From Alphaproteobacteria bacterium (GTDB lineage Bacteria; Pseudomonadota; Alphaproteobacteria; CALKHQ01): a stretch of DNA of 64,000 nt. Position 1 is the first letter of the stretch; each line of letters starts with the position of its first letter. The stretch is from positions 2,176,001 through 2,240,000 of the forward strand of contig CBDDFZ010000001.1 in NCBI GenBank assembly GCA_965227515.1, given 5' to 3'. The notes below the pieces were generated by a model. It saw only the letters and a program-made list of their open reading frames with translations. It was not told the DNA's origin and ran no database searches. A program made the translations under genes and the position numbers. Below, in pieces: positions 37,657 to 47,111 of the stretch.

Positions 37657-38922
37657 ATGGCAGAACACCACGCATATCGAACGCTGGATGCCGCCGGCAC
37701 GGCGCGTCTTCTGGCCGGCGTCCCGCACCTTGCCGAGCTGTTGGGCGGCTGTGACTCGGGCTGGACGGTCGAGCCGCTGACCGGCGGCAATCTGAACCAG
37801 GTCTTCCTGGTGCGCGGCCCCGACGCCGCGTTCTGTGCCAAGCAGTCGCTGCCCTATATGCGCCTGCTGGGCCCCGATGCCCACATGCCGCGCGACCGCA
37901 TCGCGTTCGAACACCGCGCCCTGAGCGCCCATGGCCGCCATGCGCCGGAGCGTGTGCCGACGGTCCGCCACTTCGATCCCGACCTCTGTCTGCTGGTGAT
38001 GGACTACATGTCGCCGCACGTGCCGCTGCGGCAGGGCCTGATGGACGGCCGGCGATATCCCGTGCTGGCGGCACACCTGGGCGACTATCTGGCCCGCGTG
38101 ATCTTCCACACCTCCGACCTGGGGCTGACGGCGGCGGCACGGCGCGAGCAGGCCGCCGCCATGGCCGCCAACCACGGCATGTACAAGTTCATGGAGGACC
38201 TGGCCTATACCGAGCCCTATGTCGTCCACCCCAGGAACGCTTGGAACGCGCCGCACCTGGACGGCATCGCCGCCGCGTTTCGTGCCGACAGGGATTTGAA
38301 GCTCGCGGTTTCGGCGCTGAAGCACCGCTACATGACGGCGGCCGAGACCTTCAACCACGGCGACCTGCATACCGATTCCGTGCTGGTGACCGACGGCGAT
38401 ACCCGCATCATCGACATGGAACTCGCGATGTACGGGCCCATGGGCTACGACTTCGGCCACCTGTTCGGGCACCTGTTTCTCAACGCCTTTGCCCATGACG
38501 GACTGCCGGACCCGGAGGGGTGGCGCGGCGCGCAGCAGCAGTGGGTGGCCGCCATGGTTCCCGCCATCTGGAAGGCGTTCGAGACCGGCTTTCGCGGATT
38601 GTGGGGCACGTCTCGGACGGGCGATGCGTGGCCGGCGGGCTGGTTCGGCGACGACGCGGCCGGCGACGCGGCGGCGCTCGACCGGGTGCTGGGCACGATC
38701 CGCCAGGATGCTGTGCGCTATGCCGGCATCGAGATGATCCGGCGCATCCTAGGCGTTGGCCAAGTGCCGGACCTGCAGTCGATCGAGGATCCGGCACGCC
38801 GCGCGGTCTGCGAGACCCGCGCGCTGAATTTTGCGCGCGAGATGGTGGTAGGCGGCACCGGCTGCGCGGACGTGGCGGACATGGTCGCCGCCGCCGCGCA
38901 TCTCCACGGGCCGGTGGGGTAG
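37657..38922 (+). CDS. mtnK: S-methyl-5-thioribose kinase-family protein
   Basis: GGNLNQVF, KQSLPYMR, YTEPY, HGDLHTDS, IDMELAMYGPMGYD, EMIRRILG. Confidence 0.82.
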   Translation: MAEHHAYRTLDAAGTARLLAGVPHLAELLGGCDSGWTVEPLTGGNLNQVFLVRGPDAAFCAKQSLPYMRLLGPDAHMPRDRIAFEHRALSAHGRHAPERVPTVRHFDPDLCLLVMDYMSPHVPLRQGLMDGRRYPVLAAHLGDYLARVIFHTSDLGLTAAARREQAAAMAANHGMYKFMEDLAYTEPYVVHPRNAWNAPHLDGIAAAFRADRDLKLAVSALKHRYMTAAETFNHGDLHTDSVLVTDGDTRIIDMELAMYGPMGYDFGHLFGHLFLNAFAHDGLPDPEGWRGAQQQWVAAMVPAIWKAFETGFRGLWGTSRTGDAWPAGWFGDDAAGDAAALDRVLGTIRQDAVRYAGIEMIRRILGVGQVPDLQSIEDPARRAVCETRALNFAREMVVGGTGCADVADMVAAAAHLHGPVG

Positions 38923-38935
38923 GGAGGCCGGCGAC

Positions 38936-39952
38936 CTACTGGCCCGCCGTCTCCAAGTGTGCCAGCGCGGCGCGGGCACGCGCGCGCATGGCGGTATCCG
39001 GGTAGTTGTTGGCGATGCGGTGCAGCGTCGCTTCGGCGCGGATATCGCCGGCCTCGGCCATCTCGAACGCCATCGCGTCGCGCGCGTCGTAATAGCGCTT
39101 GTCGAAAGGCGCCACCTTCAGGTCCATGTCGCGCCAGTAGTACTTGTAGGTGTCGTCGTCGACGTCTGCGTAGAGCGTCTCCCAATCCAGGTGACGCCGG
39201 TGCGGGTGCAGCCAGTCCTCGGTCACCGGTTCGCTGAGCGGCTGGTAGCGCATGTCCACCGACAGCCGCATCCTGTCAGATGTGTTGGCGGCACCGCGAT
39301 GCACGGTCAGCGCGTTGAACATCAGAACGTCGCCGGCCCGCATCTCACCGCCGCACCAGACCTCTTCGAAGTCGCCCGGCACCTCCATGCCGCCGGCACC
39401 GAGCGCCGGATGCAGCGGCAGCACGCCGCCCTTCTGCGACCCTGCCGCGATTTGCAGCCCACCGAGGGCGGCCGGGCAGTCGCCGAGCGGCACCCATGCG
39501 GTGAAGGTGCGCGTCGTGCCCTGCACGTGCGGGAAGTCCTGGTGCTGCGGTGTCGCGTGCTCGTTCTTCTGCGGGAACAGGTAGCGGAAGATGATGCGCG
39601 GCAGCGGCAGCACCGGCTCGGCGAACAGCTTCTCCGCGACCCCGGTCAGGGCCGGGTGGTGCTGCAACCTTTGCACCGCGGGCAGCACCCCGTGGCGACA
39701 GACCAGTTCGGAGACGACGGGGTCGGTGTCGAGGGTGAAGTTGTCCAGATTGGCGATCGCGCGGTCGTCGTCCGGGCTTTCCTGCGCGATCCAGCCGAGC
39801 CGGGCGAGATCGGGCAGCAGGGCGCGCCGCGCCGCCAGCACGTCGTCGCGCGGCAACAGGCCGGGCAGGAACAGATAGCCGTCCCGCGCCGCTTGCGCGC
39901 GCAACGCTTCGGCGTCGCCGATCAGTGCATGGGAATCCTGGAAAGGTTTCAT
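38936..39952 (-). CDS. Phytanoyl-CoA dioxygenase (PhyH)-family Fe(II)/2OG enzyme
   Basis: DGYLFL, TPQHQD (HxD), WVPLGD, GDVLMF..VH, RLSVDMRYQP. Confidence 0.87.
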   Translation of the reverse strand: MKPFQDSHALIGDAEALRAQAARDGYLFLPGLLPRDDVLAARRALLPDLARLGWIAQESPDDDRAIANLDNFTLDTDPVVSELVCRHGVLPAVQRLQHHPALTGVAEKLFAEPVLPLPRIIFRYLFPQKNEHATPQHQDFPHVQGTTRTFTAWVPLGDCPAALGGLQIAAGSQKGGVLPLHPALGAGGMEVPGDFEEVWCGGEMRAGDVLMFNALTVHRGAANTSDRMRLSVDMRYQPLSEPVTEDWLHPHRRHLDWETLYADVDDDTYKYYWRDMDLKVAPFDKRYYDARDAMAFEMAEAGDIRAEATLHRIANNYPDTAMRARARAALAHLETAGQ

Positions 39953-39959
39953 CGCCTCG

Positions 39960-40997
39960 TCATGCCGACAGGAACCTGAATTCCATCACGTGCCGGTATT
40001 CCTGGTGAGGGTCCAGCCGCGCTTGCGGGAAGTGTGAGACGTTCGGCCCGTTCGGAAAGCGCTGGGTCTCCAGGGTGAAACCGGCGAACTGCGGGTAGCT
40101 GGCGCCGCCCTTGCCTGTCAGGCCGTCGCGCAGATGGTTGGCGGTGTAGAACTGCACGCCGGGCTCGGTCGTCGCCAGCGTGAAGCCGCGCCCGGAGGCG
40201 GGGTCGCGCGCCATCACCACATGGCGCAGATGCCCCGGCTCGCCGCGCAGGCACCAATTGTGGTCGAAACCGCCGAAGATGGGCACGTCGGCGATCTCGG
40301 TGCCGATCTGGCGCGGCTCGCGGAAATCGTACTCGGTGCCCGCCACCGCCAGCACCTCGCCGGTCGGTATCGTGTCCTCGTCGACAGGCGTGTAGAAATC
40401 GGCCTCGATCTGAATCTGCTGCTCGACCATCGGGCCGCTGTCGTGGCCGGCCAGGTTGAAGTAGCTGTGGTTGACGATGTTGCACACCGTCGCCCGGTCG
40501 CAGTTGGCGTGATAGGCGATGCGCACGGTGCCGTCCTCGCCCAGCGAATAGGTGGCGCTGGCCTCCAGCGTGCCGGGAAAGCCCTCGTCGTGGTCGGGCG
40601 ACACCAGGCCGAAGGCGACACGGCCGCCGGTCGCATCGTACGACGCATCCCAGACCTTCTTGTCGAAGCCCGCATGACCGCCGTGCAGCGATGTCTCGCC
40701 TTCGTTCTGCGCGACCTGGAACGCCTGTCCGTCCAGCGCGAACGTGCCGCCGCGAATGCGGTTGCCGAAGCGGCCGACGCTGGCACCGAAATACCCTCGA
40801 TTGGCCTGGTATTCCGCCAGTGTGTCGTAGCCGAGGACGATGTCGGCGACCTGTCCGTCCGGCGCCGGCACGTGCAGCTCGGTCAGCGTCGCGCCATAGT
40901 CGGACAGCACCATCGACACGCCCGATCCATTGCTGACGCGATAGCGATGCACCGCCTGCCCGTCGATCTCCCCCCAGGCTTCCTGCTCAACGGTCAT
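39960..40997 (-). CDS. galM: Aldose 1-epimerase (mutarotase)
   Basis: GRFGNRI, LHGG, GFPG, NHSYFNL, FDHN, QFYT, LETQ. Confidence 0.93.
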   Translation of the reverse strand: MTVEQEAWGEIDGQAVHRYRVSNGSGVSMVLSDYGATLTELHVPAPDGQVADIVLGYDTLAEYQANRGYFGASVGRFGNRIRGGTFALDGQAFQVAQNEGETSLHGGHAGFDKKVWDASYDATGGRVAFGLVSPDHDEGFPGTLEASATYSLGEDGTVRIAYHANCDRATVCNIVNHSYFNLAGHDSGPMVEQQIQIEADFYTPVDEDTIPTGEVLAVAGTEYDFREPRQIGTEIADVPIFGGFDHNWCLRGEPGHLRHVVMARDPASGRGFTLATTEPGVQFYTANHLRDGLTGKGGASYPQFAGFTLETQRFPNGPNVSHFPQARLDPHQEYRHVMEFRFLSA

Positions 40998-41170
40998 TCC
41001 GTCTTCTCCCCCGCCTCCTGATTTTCCTGCGCCCCCTGGTCCTTTAGTACCTCTGGGGCCAGGATGGCCGCCAGCGCCTTCACGCGCGGGCTCGGCGCGC
41101 CCTTGCGCCACACTAGCATCGTGCGCAGCGGTGTCAGCAGTCCCGATGGCGGTCTGTGCACCTTCAGGTC
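40994..41170 (-). pseudogene. Remnant resembling a LysR substrate-binding-domain C-terminus
   Basis: Manual frame: DLKVHRPPSGLLTPLRTMLVWRKGAPSPRVKALAAIL...TE*; the TGA overlaps the galM ATG; no N-terminal part. Confidence 0.5.
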
Positions 41171-41209
41171 GCGCGCGGCAGATCCGCGTCGCCAACGCCG
41201 ATGCCGATT

Positions 41210-42529
41210 TTATTGTCGTGGAGGGTGCTGCGGCGTGACGCCCTGGTCCGCCGCCGGTTGCGGGCCGTCTGGCGGTTCCTGCTGCGACAGCGGGTCGAGG
41301 TTGGAGACGGTCTGGCCGACGAACGCCGCCTCCACGTAGGAGGCCCGATCCTCCGCACGCGGTGCGCGGCGCAGGCGCATGCGGAACAGGACGAAGCCGC
41401 ACAGGATGAAATGCATGGCGGCGGTGTAGCCGAACAGGCTGGTCGGGCCGAATACGCGCATCGCGGCGGACGCCAGGATCGGGCCCAGCACCGCGCCCAG
41501 CGCCCAGACCAGCAACAGGCCGCCGGCCGCCTCGACCAGCTTCTCGCGCGCCACGTGGTCGTTCACGTGCGCAACCGCCAGCGAGTAGATCGGGAACGTC
41601 ACCAGCCCCAGCCAGAAGGCGAACGGCAGCACCAGGCCGGGCGCATATGCACCGGCCACCACCAGCGCGACACCGGCAAGTCCGGCCATGCCGGCCGTGC
41701 CGGTCATCACGATGCGGCGGTCGATCCGGTCGGACACCAATCCCAGCGGCCACTGGCCGAGTGCGCCCGCGGCCACGGCCACCGTCATCAGCACGGCGAC
41801 GAAGTCCGACGCGACTTCGCCCTCCGCCGTCCAGCCGGCCGGCGCGGTGGCATCTGCGAAGGCGGGTGCCAGCGCCCAGAACGCACCGTTGGTCAGCCCG
41901 ACCACGAAGCAGCCGACAATGCCCGCCGGCGACGTGCGGTAGAGACCCCTCAGGTCGAAGCGTACGGCGGTGATCGGCGGCGGCGCCTCGGCCTTGGTCA
42001 GCGCCACCGGCACCGCGGCCAGCGACACCAGGATCGAGGCGGCCAGAAAAAGCGCGATGCTGCCGGCCTCGTCGAGCAGCAGCAGAAGCTGTCCGACGGC
42101 GATCATCGTCATGTTGATGACCAGATAGACCGCGAACACGCGGCCGCGTGTCTGGTTGGTCGCCCGGTCGTTCAGCCAGCTCTCCACCACCATGTAGAGC
42201 ACGGCGAAGCACATGCCGCTCGCGAAGCGCATCACCCACCACGGTGCCGGGGACACCAGCAGCGCGTGCGCCAGCACCACCGACGAGGCGACCGAGACCA
42301 TGGCGGCGAAGGTGCGGATATGGCCGGCACGGGCGACGATCCACGGCCCCAAGATGCAACCGATGGCGAAGCCCGCGAAATAGGACGAGCCGAGGACGCC
42401 CAGCGCCACCGAGCCGAAGTCTGCCGCCTGGCCGCGCACCGGCAGCAGCGTCGACTGGAGACCGTTGCCGACCAGCAGCAGCGCGACGCTGGCCAGCAAT
42501 GCGGCCACCGGCAGCAGGGCGGCGATCAT
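41210..42529 (-). CDS. MFS transporter (YcaD-like)
   Basis: GNGLQSTLL, GHIRTFAA, ESWLND, QWPLGLVSDRIDRR, YSLAVAHVND. Confidence 0.9.
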   Translation of the reverse strand: MIAALLPVAALLASVALLLVGNGLQSTLLPVRGQAADFGSVALGVLGSSYFAGFAIGCILGPWIVARAGHIRTFAAMVSVASSVVLAHALLVSPAPWWVMRFASGMCFAVLYMVVESWLNDRATNQTRGRVFAVYLVINMTMIAVGQLLLLLDEAGSIALFLAASILVSLAAVPVALTKAEAPPPITAVRFDLRGLYRTSPAGIVGCFVVGLTNGAFWALAPAFADATAPAGWTAEGEVASDFVAVLMTVAVAAGALGQWPLGLVSDRIDRRIVMTGTAGMAGLAGVALVVAGAYAPGLVLPFAFWLGLVTFPIYSLAVAHVNDHVAREKLVEAAGGLLLVWALGAVLGPILASAAMRVFGPTSLFGYTAAMHFILCGFVLFRMRLRRAPRAEDRASYVEAAFVGQTVSNLDPLSQQEPPDGPQPAADQGVTPQHPPRQ

Positions 42530-42872
42530 GGAAGGGATGAGGGCGCCGGCACCGCCGCGCCAGCGCTGGTAGCTATTCGATTGACAGACCTGAACGGTTC
42601 ACGCGACCGCATACCGCGCCACCTGGGAGGAAACGGCCGGCGGGACAGCCGGCGGGGGCAGCAGATTGCTGACTCACTCTGTTTCAGTCAATCGTGACCG
42701 CCAATTACACGATGGTCTAGCCCATCCCTCCAATACCGCGCCGGCCGGAGCCCACCCGACTCAATTGCGCACGCTGATCAATGCAAACGGTCTCGACTGC
42801 TGAGTGACAGCTGGTGCGCTAACGGAGGACGAGCGCTGATGCGAAGGCAGTCTGCGGATTTGAACTCTCAAC

Positions 42873-44300
42873 CTATCGAGCCGGATGGAGCACGGGTGAC
42901 TGGGAGCACACCGTTAGTGCCTTTGAGCCGCGCGTCATTGCCACATACAAATTGCGCGAGTCGAGCGCTGCCGCGTTCAGGATGACGGCTGCATCCGCTT
43001 CCAACCCTTTAAGGAGCAATGTACTGCCAACAGCGCGCTTTGGCAGCGGCCTGCCGACCAGTCTGTTCTGTTCGCGCATCCGAATTGCAGCATCGTGGAA
43101 ACTTGGACCATCTGACTCATCGCAGAGTTGTAGCGCCTTGATGCATGCCCTTAGCACTGCAGGTCGATGAGCAGTAACTCCGGCCGCCCTACCAATTTCG
43201 ACCAGTACATCTATTGCGGCGCGGTGCGATGGTGCGTGCATGAATGATAGGGCTTTGGCCTCTACGTTCGTTGGCGGATTGCGGGCGGTTCCCTTCTCGA
43301 TTGAATGGACCCGGCGGATTAGATCGGCCGCGCCAACATTCCGCATAACGCTTTGGGCGAAGTCAGCTAGGCTCTGCAGCGCATTGGCCGCATTAGGATC
43401 AAAATCCCTTGCGAAAGACACCAAGTCTCTGAGATCAACTGACTCCACAGCAACGGCCCCAGGGGTTTGGCTAGCAAACTGCCGTTGACTGGTTGGGCTT
43501 GTGCTGTCTCCAATAATGAGGACAGTACCATCGCCCCCGGGTGCGCGCACACGCGCGGCACGTAGTCGCCTCTGGTGGTCTTCGGTTCCATCCAACTCCA
43601 CCCATGTCACGCTTTCTGGCGCCGTCCGCAGATCGATAGGCTCGCCTCTCAAGAGCCTTTTGCGCACTTCAAGTAACCATTGGCCTAGCGGTTCGGCTCC
43701 TGCGTTTATCCAACGCCACGGTGTGCCAAGCTCTCCCGCCAGCGGAAAATGTCTGCAAATCTGCACATCCCATTTGGCTAGGTCATCACCGCCAAATCCG
43801 AAGATTGCTTGCATAGGATCGCCAAGCACGCAGGTCGGCAGCGTCTGCGACGCGTAACCCACTACGCCATGCTGGCGGATGGAACAGTCCTGGTACTCAT
43901 CCACGATAAGGCGGTCGTACGTCGCTGCGATGACGTCATTGATGTGTCCAGCCCTGAGCAGCTTGGCGGCAGCGACCCGGATATTCGGATAGTCGGTGCC
44001 CGGGGTTGCCAATGTTAGGAGCTTAGTGTCATGGGCGCTTCGCAGGGGAAAAGTCGAAATGAGCCGCATCGCCCATCCGTCGATCGTCGAGAGACGATAA
44101 GCCTTGGTCGGCACACCCAGGCGGTCGAGTCGCCCGCGCAAGGCCACCACACCTGCGTTGGTGTGCGTCAGAACAAGGACTGGCTTGTTGCTCGAATGGC
44201 GGCTCAGAGTGTCAGCAATCAGATGCGTCTTGCCGCAGCCCGCCGGCGCCGTAATCGCCCCTCGTTGGATCGCAAGCAGGTCGATCTCATCGTCCGGCAT
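42873..44300 (-). CDS. UvrD-like SF1 helicase (GajB-like)
   Basis: APAGCGKT, LTHTNAG, TIDGW, VDEYQD, GDPMQAIF, KGLEAD, LYVAMTR; 475 aa; lower GC. Confidence 0.88.
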   Translation of the reverse strand: MPDDEIDLLAIQRGAITAPAGCGKTHLIADTLSRHSSNKPVLVLTHTNAGVVALRGRLDRLGVPTKAYRLSTIDGWAMRLISTFPLRSAHDTKLLTLATPGTDYPNIRVAAAKLLRAGHINDVIAATYDRLIVDEYQDCSIRQHGVVGYASQTLPTCVLGDPMQAIFGFGGDDLAKWDVQICRHFPLAGELGTPWRWINAGAEPLGQWLLEVRKRLLRGEPIDLRTAPESVTWVELDGTEDHQRRLRAARVRAPGGDGTVLIIGDSTSPTSQRQFASQTPGAVAVESVDLRDLVSFARDFDPNAANALQSLADFAQSVMRNVGAADLIRRVHSIEKGTARNPPTNVEAKALSFMHAPSHRAAIDVLVEIGRAAGVTAHRPAVLRACIKALQLCDESDGPSFHDAAIRMREQNRLVGRPLPKRAVGSTLLLKGLEADAAVILNAAALDSRNLYVAMTRGSKALTVCSQSPVLHPAR

Positions 44301-46017
44301 CGTCTACCCACGCAAAGATGCCGTCGATTAGCTCTTTGAATCCAACGTCGGCATTCACAAGGTCCGGTCCCACGATGTCACGTGCAACTTCCTCCATCCA
44401 AGTCACTGACTTATACCAGCCGGCTTTTCTAGTTCGTGCGGCTCTTCCGAGGAGGGCGCGGCTTTCTGGCGAGAATCCGTCAAAGAGAGACTCAGTCCGG
44501 ATATCATTTAAGTCTTTGGCGTTTAGGGAAGCCGACTTAATATGGTCGTCAATCAGATCTTCCCCGTGTAATTCAACGGCTCGGTCGATCAGGTCGCCAA
44601 CTGCTTTGTCCGTCAGGCTTAGAAACAGCTCATCTTCGAGAGCTCGGCCGCCGCGCCAGGCGGTTACTTTCCCACCGTTGGCGCAAAAAGCCTCCTCCAC
44701 TGTGTCGGTCGGCTTCTTGTCGTCATCTCTGACCACTGCAGCGCGATAGCCTAAGGCATGAAACACGGCAGCACGCCTAAAGGGTCTATCGGCGTCCCCA
44801 CCAGCGCAATCGACGAGTGCCGTTCCTTGGGCCGACATTGACGTAGCGCCGTTGGCGGTTCGGTGCTGATCAAGCCCGCGCATCAGGCCTACCTCGCTCG
44901 CACCCTCGCAGATGATGATACCCGGGGCGAGGAAGGCATCGGGATAGAGCCGAATAGTGCTCTGTATGTCGTCGCTCGTTCCAACGACCACGACTTCCTG
45001 CCCCGCCGTCGTATTTCTTGTGACGAATAACTGGTCCCCAGAAAGCTCGCGCAATACAACTGGTGAATGGGTTGTCACGAATGCCTGGAGAGGTGGACGC
45101 GTCTCTTTCGCGCCGAGCGAACTAAGTAGGCGGATGATCCGATGTGGCTCCAGCCCATGCTCCAATTCATCAATCAGGAGTATTGAGGATTGCGCCGCTG
45201 CCTTCCGTTGCAGGCCAGTAATGAGCAACCTTGCCGATCCGGTGCCTAGACTGCGCAGAGGCACACCACCCTCATCGTGCAACGAAATTGTCCCACCACT
45301 GAACGACACAGAATGCGCGTCGAGCATTGCATTAATGTTCTCCCCGACATTGATGCCGAGTTCCCTTGCTGTGGCCCCGACTATGCCAAGCGTCTCGCCA
45401 AGTTGTTCTTGCGCCTGGTCGCCAAAGGCAGTCCGGGCGTCGCGGGCTACCTTAGCCAGTGCGGCGGTGGCATCTGCACGTTCTTCTGAAACCCGATTAA
45501 GAACTGAGCCTCGACGCCAGCTCATATGATAGTCCGCCATCACACCAACACGGGTGGGAGCCAAGCGAAGGCGATCAGACCAGTTCAGGTTCCTGGAGAG
45601 GCCTTGCGCTCGGGCGCGATCAGACTCGAGCGACCAGACGGGTTCCAGGTCACTGGCGACGGAGAGCTTCATGGTGAGGACGGTTTCGTTATCACTCTCC
45701 GGTTCATCCTCCACCTTGCCGGTCTCGGAATTGAACGCCCGAACATACATGCCATAGGCATCAAGATTTTTTAGACCGTCGTCCAAGTCGCCGAGTGTGA
45801 CGGCGATCGTGATTGGCTTATCCACGTCGAGCAGATGGAAGTCTGCATCATTAAATTGGGCGGTCCGGCGGGCTCCAATGCACAAGTCTATTGCGTCTAA
45901 AATAGTTGATTTTCCAGCATCTCCAGAGCCAATTAGGCAATTAATTCCAGGTTGTGGTTGCCATAGTAGTTCTTTAATACCTCGGAAATTCTTGATTTCG
46001 ACGAGTCGTATTCGCAT
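44287..46017 (-). CDS. OLD-family ATP-dependent nuclease (ABC ATPase + TOPRIM; GajA-like)
   Basis: IKNFRGI, GSGDAGKST, LGTGS, LLIDELEHGLEPH, TTHSP; TOPRIM ICEGASE and VRDDD; AGAGGTG RBS. Confidence 0.9.
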   Translation of the reverse strand: MRIRLVEIKNFRGIKELLWQPQPGINCLIGSGDAGKSTILDAIDLCIGARRTAQFNDADFHLLDVDKPITIAVTLGDLDDGLKNLDAYGMYVRAFNSETGKVEDEPESDNETVLTMKLSVASDLEPVWSLESDRARAQGLSRNLNWSDRLRLAPTRVGVMADYHMSWRRGSVLNRVSEERADATAALAKVARDARTAFGDQAQEQLGETLGIVGATARELGINVGENINAMLDAHSVSFSGGTISLHDEGGVPLRSLGTGSARLLITGLQRKAAAQSSILLIDELEHGLEPHRIIRLLSSLGAKETRPPLQAFVTTHSPVVLRELSGDQLFVTRNTTAGQEVVVVGTSDDIQSTIRLYPDAFLAPGIIICEGASEVGLMRGLDQHRTANGATSMSAQGTALVDCAGGDADRPFRRAAVFHALGYRAAVVRDDDKKPTDTVEEAFCANGGKVTAWRGGRALEDELFLSLTDKAVGDLIDRAVELHGEDLIDDHIKSASLNAKDLNDIRTESLFDGFSPESRALLGRAARTRKAGWYKSVTWMEEVARDIVGPDLVNADVGFKELIDGIFAWVDDAGR

Positions 46018-46260
46018 CGTATCACCTCTCTTTCGATGAAAAACTGTAAATTAATTGAAATACTAATAGGTTATCTCTAAGTATATTATTCATATATATT
46101 CAAAATGACAAATATTTTGTCTATGTGTAGAGTTAAATATTTCTGTTTGCTTGATATTTTGCAAATTTTCTCTATTCCTAACAATCGAATGATCTTTGTG
46201 GTCGAAGATGTGGGATTGATGTCTGATTATGTTCCGGAGATGACCCGTTCTACGATACCG
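46018..46260 (-). promoter_or_regulatory. Very AT-rich leader upstream of the OLD nuclease gene
   Basis: Most AT-rich stretch in the window; GACAAA-TAT-TTTGTC palindrome at 46107-46121. Confidence 0.5.
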
Positions 46261-46313
46261 GTATTGGTTTGTCGTGGGTGAAGTTGCGGGCCAATACCTT
46301 CTTGCTCCTAGCG

Positions 46314-47009
46314 TCAAATCACCCTCCGCAGCGATGCCTCGATCCGGCCGCCGCACCACTCGTCGCCATAGGCGGCGTCGCTCCTTCGGCGCAGGTCGGC
46401 CTGGGCGGGCAGGGCGGCGATCCGGTCGGTGAGGCCAGCGAGCGCGGGAGCCGAAGCGTCCAGCAGCGGGCGCAGGGACGGTAGCTTCGCGGTCATCACG
46501 CCCCAGAGCGTGGCGGCGACAAGGTCGGCCAGCCCAGGTGCCTCGGTCCCCAAGAGATAGCCGCCGTCCTCGGTCAGGCCGTGCTTGCGGCCCAACGCCT
46601 CGAACATCGCCATCCAGCGTGCAAGCCGGGGGCGAAAGTCGTCCCACAACGCCTGCGTCCACATCCGCGCACCGTTGTAGAGCGTCATCTCGTAGAGCAC
46701 GTCGTTGGCGTCGGCGATGACCTTGTGGGTCAAAGCCGCGCCGGCCGGGTCGCCGGGCACCAGATCGTACTTGTCCCCGAGATAGGTTAGGATCGCCTGG
46801 GTCTGGGCCAGCGTGATGCCCGCCGCGTGGTCGGTCAGAACCGGCGGCCCCATGTGCGGCACGAGCTGGTCGGCGGGATCGCGGCCCTTCTCGGCGATCA
46901 GCGCGTCGATGTCGACCTCGTCCCACGTGGCGCCGGCATGGGCGAGGACCGCGCGGACGAATTCGCCGCGAAACGGCAGCGGCCAGTAGGCAAGCGTGTA
47001 GTCGGCCAT
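46314..47009 (-). CDS. Glutathione S-transferase-family protein
   Basis: YTLAYWPLPFRGEFVR, MGPPVL, LAQTQAILTYLG, PGLADL. Confidence 0.85.
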   Translation of the reverse strand: MADYTLAYWPLPFRGEFVRAVLAHAGATWDEVDIDALIAEKGRDPADQLVPHMGPPVLTDHAAGITLAQTQAILTYLGDKYDLVPGDPAGAALTHKVIADANDVLYEMTLYNGARMWTQALWDDFRPRLARWMAMFEALGRKHGLTEDGGYLLGTEAPGLADLVAATLWGVMTAKLPSLRPLLDASAPALAGLTDRIAALPAQADLRRRSDAAYGDEWCGGRIEASLRRVI

Positions 47010-47111
47010 TGATCGGTCCATCGTTTGCTGCACGCGGTGGCGAACCCGTGCCGGTTGCAGGCTGCCGACAAGGCCATAGGGCGCCGGGCAGAAGCGTGGA
47101 TATTATGCGCC

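Noticed and set aside
39960-42359. Apparent long N-terminal fusions (799-aa galM; also 6881-8800, 11525-13195, 17821-19632)
   Set aside because: The extensions are out-of-frame overlaps of the upstream genes; internal starts give normal-sized proteins.
42850-42875. tRNA 3' fragment / att site (reverse strand GAGTTCAAATCC) at the island edge
   Set aside because: The T-stem does not pair, there is no acceptor end, and no matching repeat was found at the other edge.
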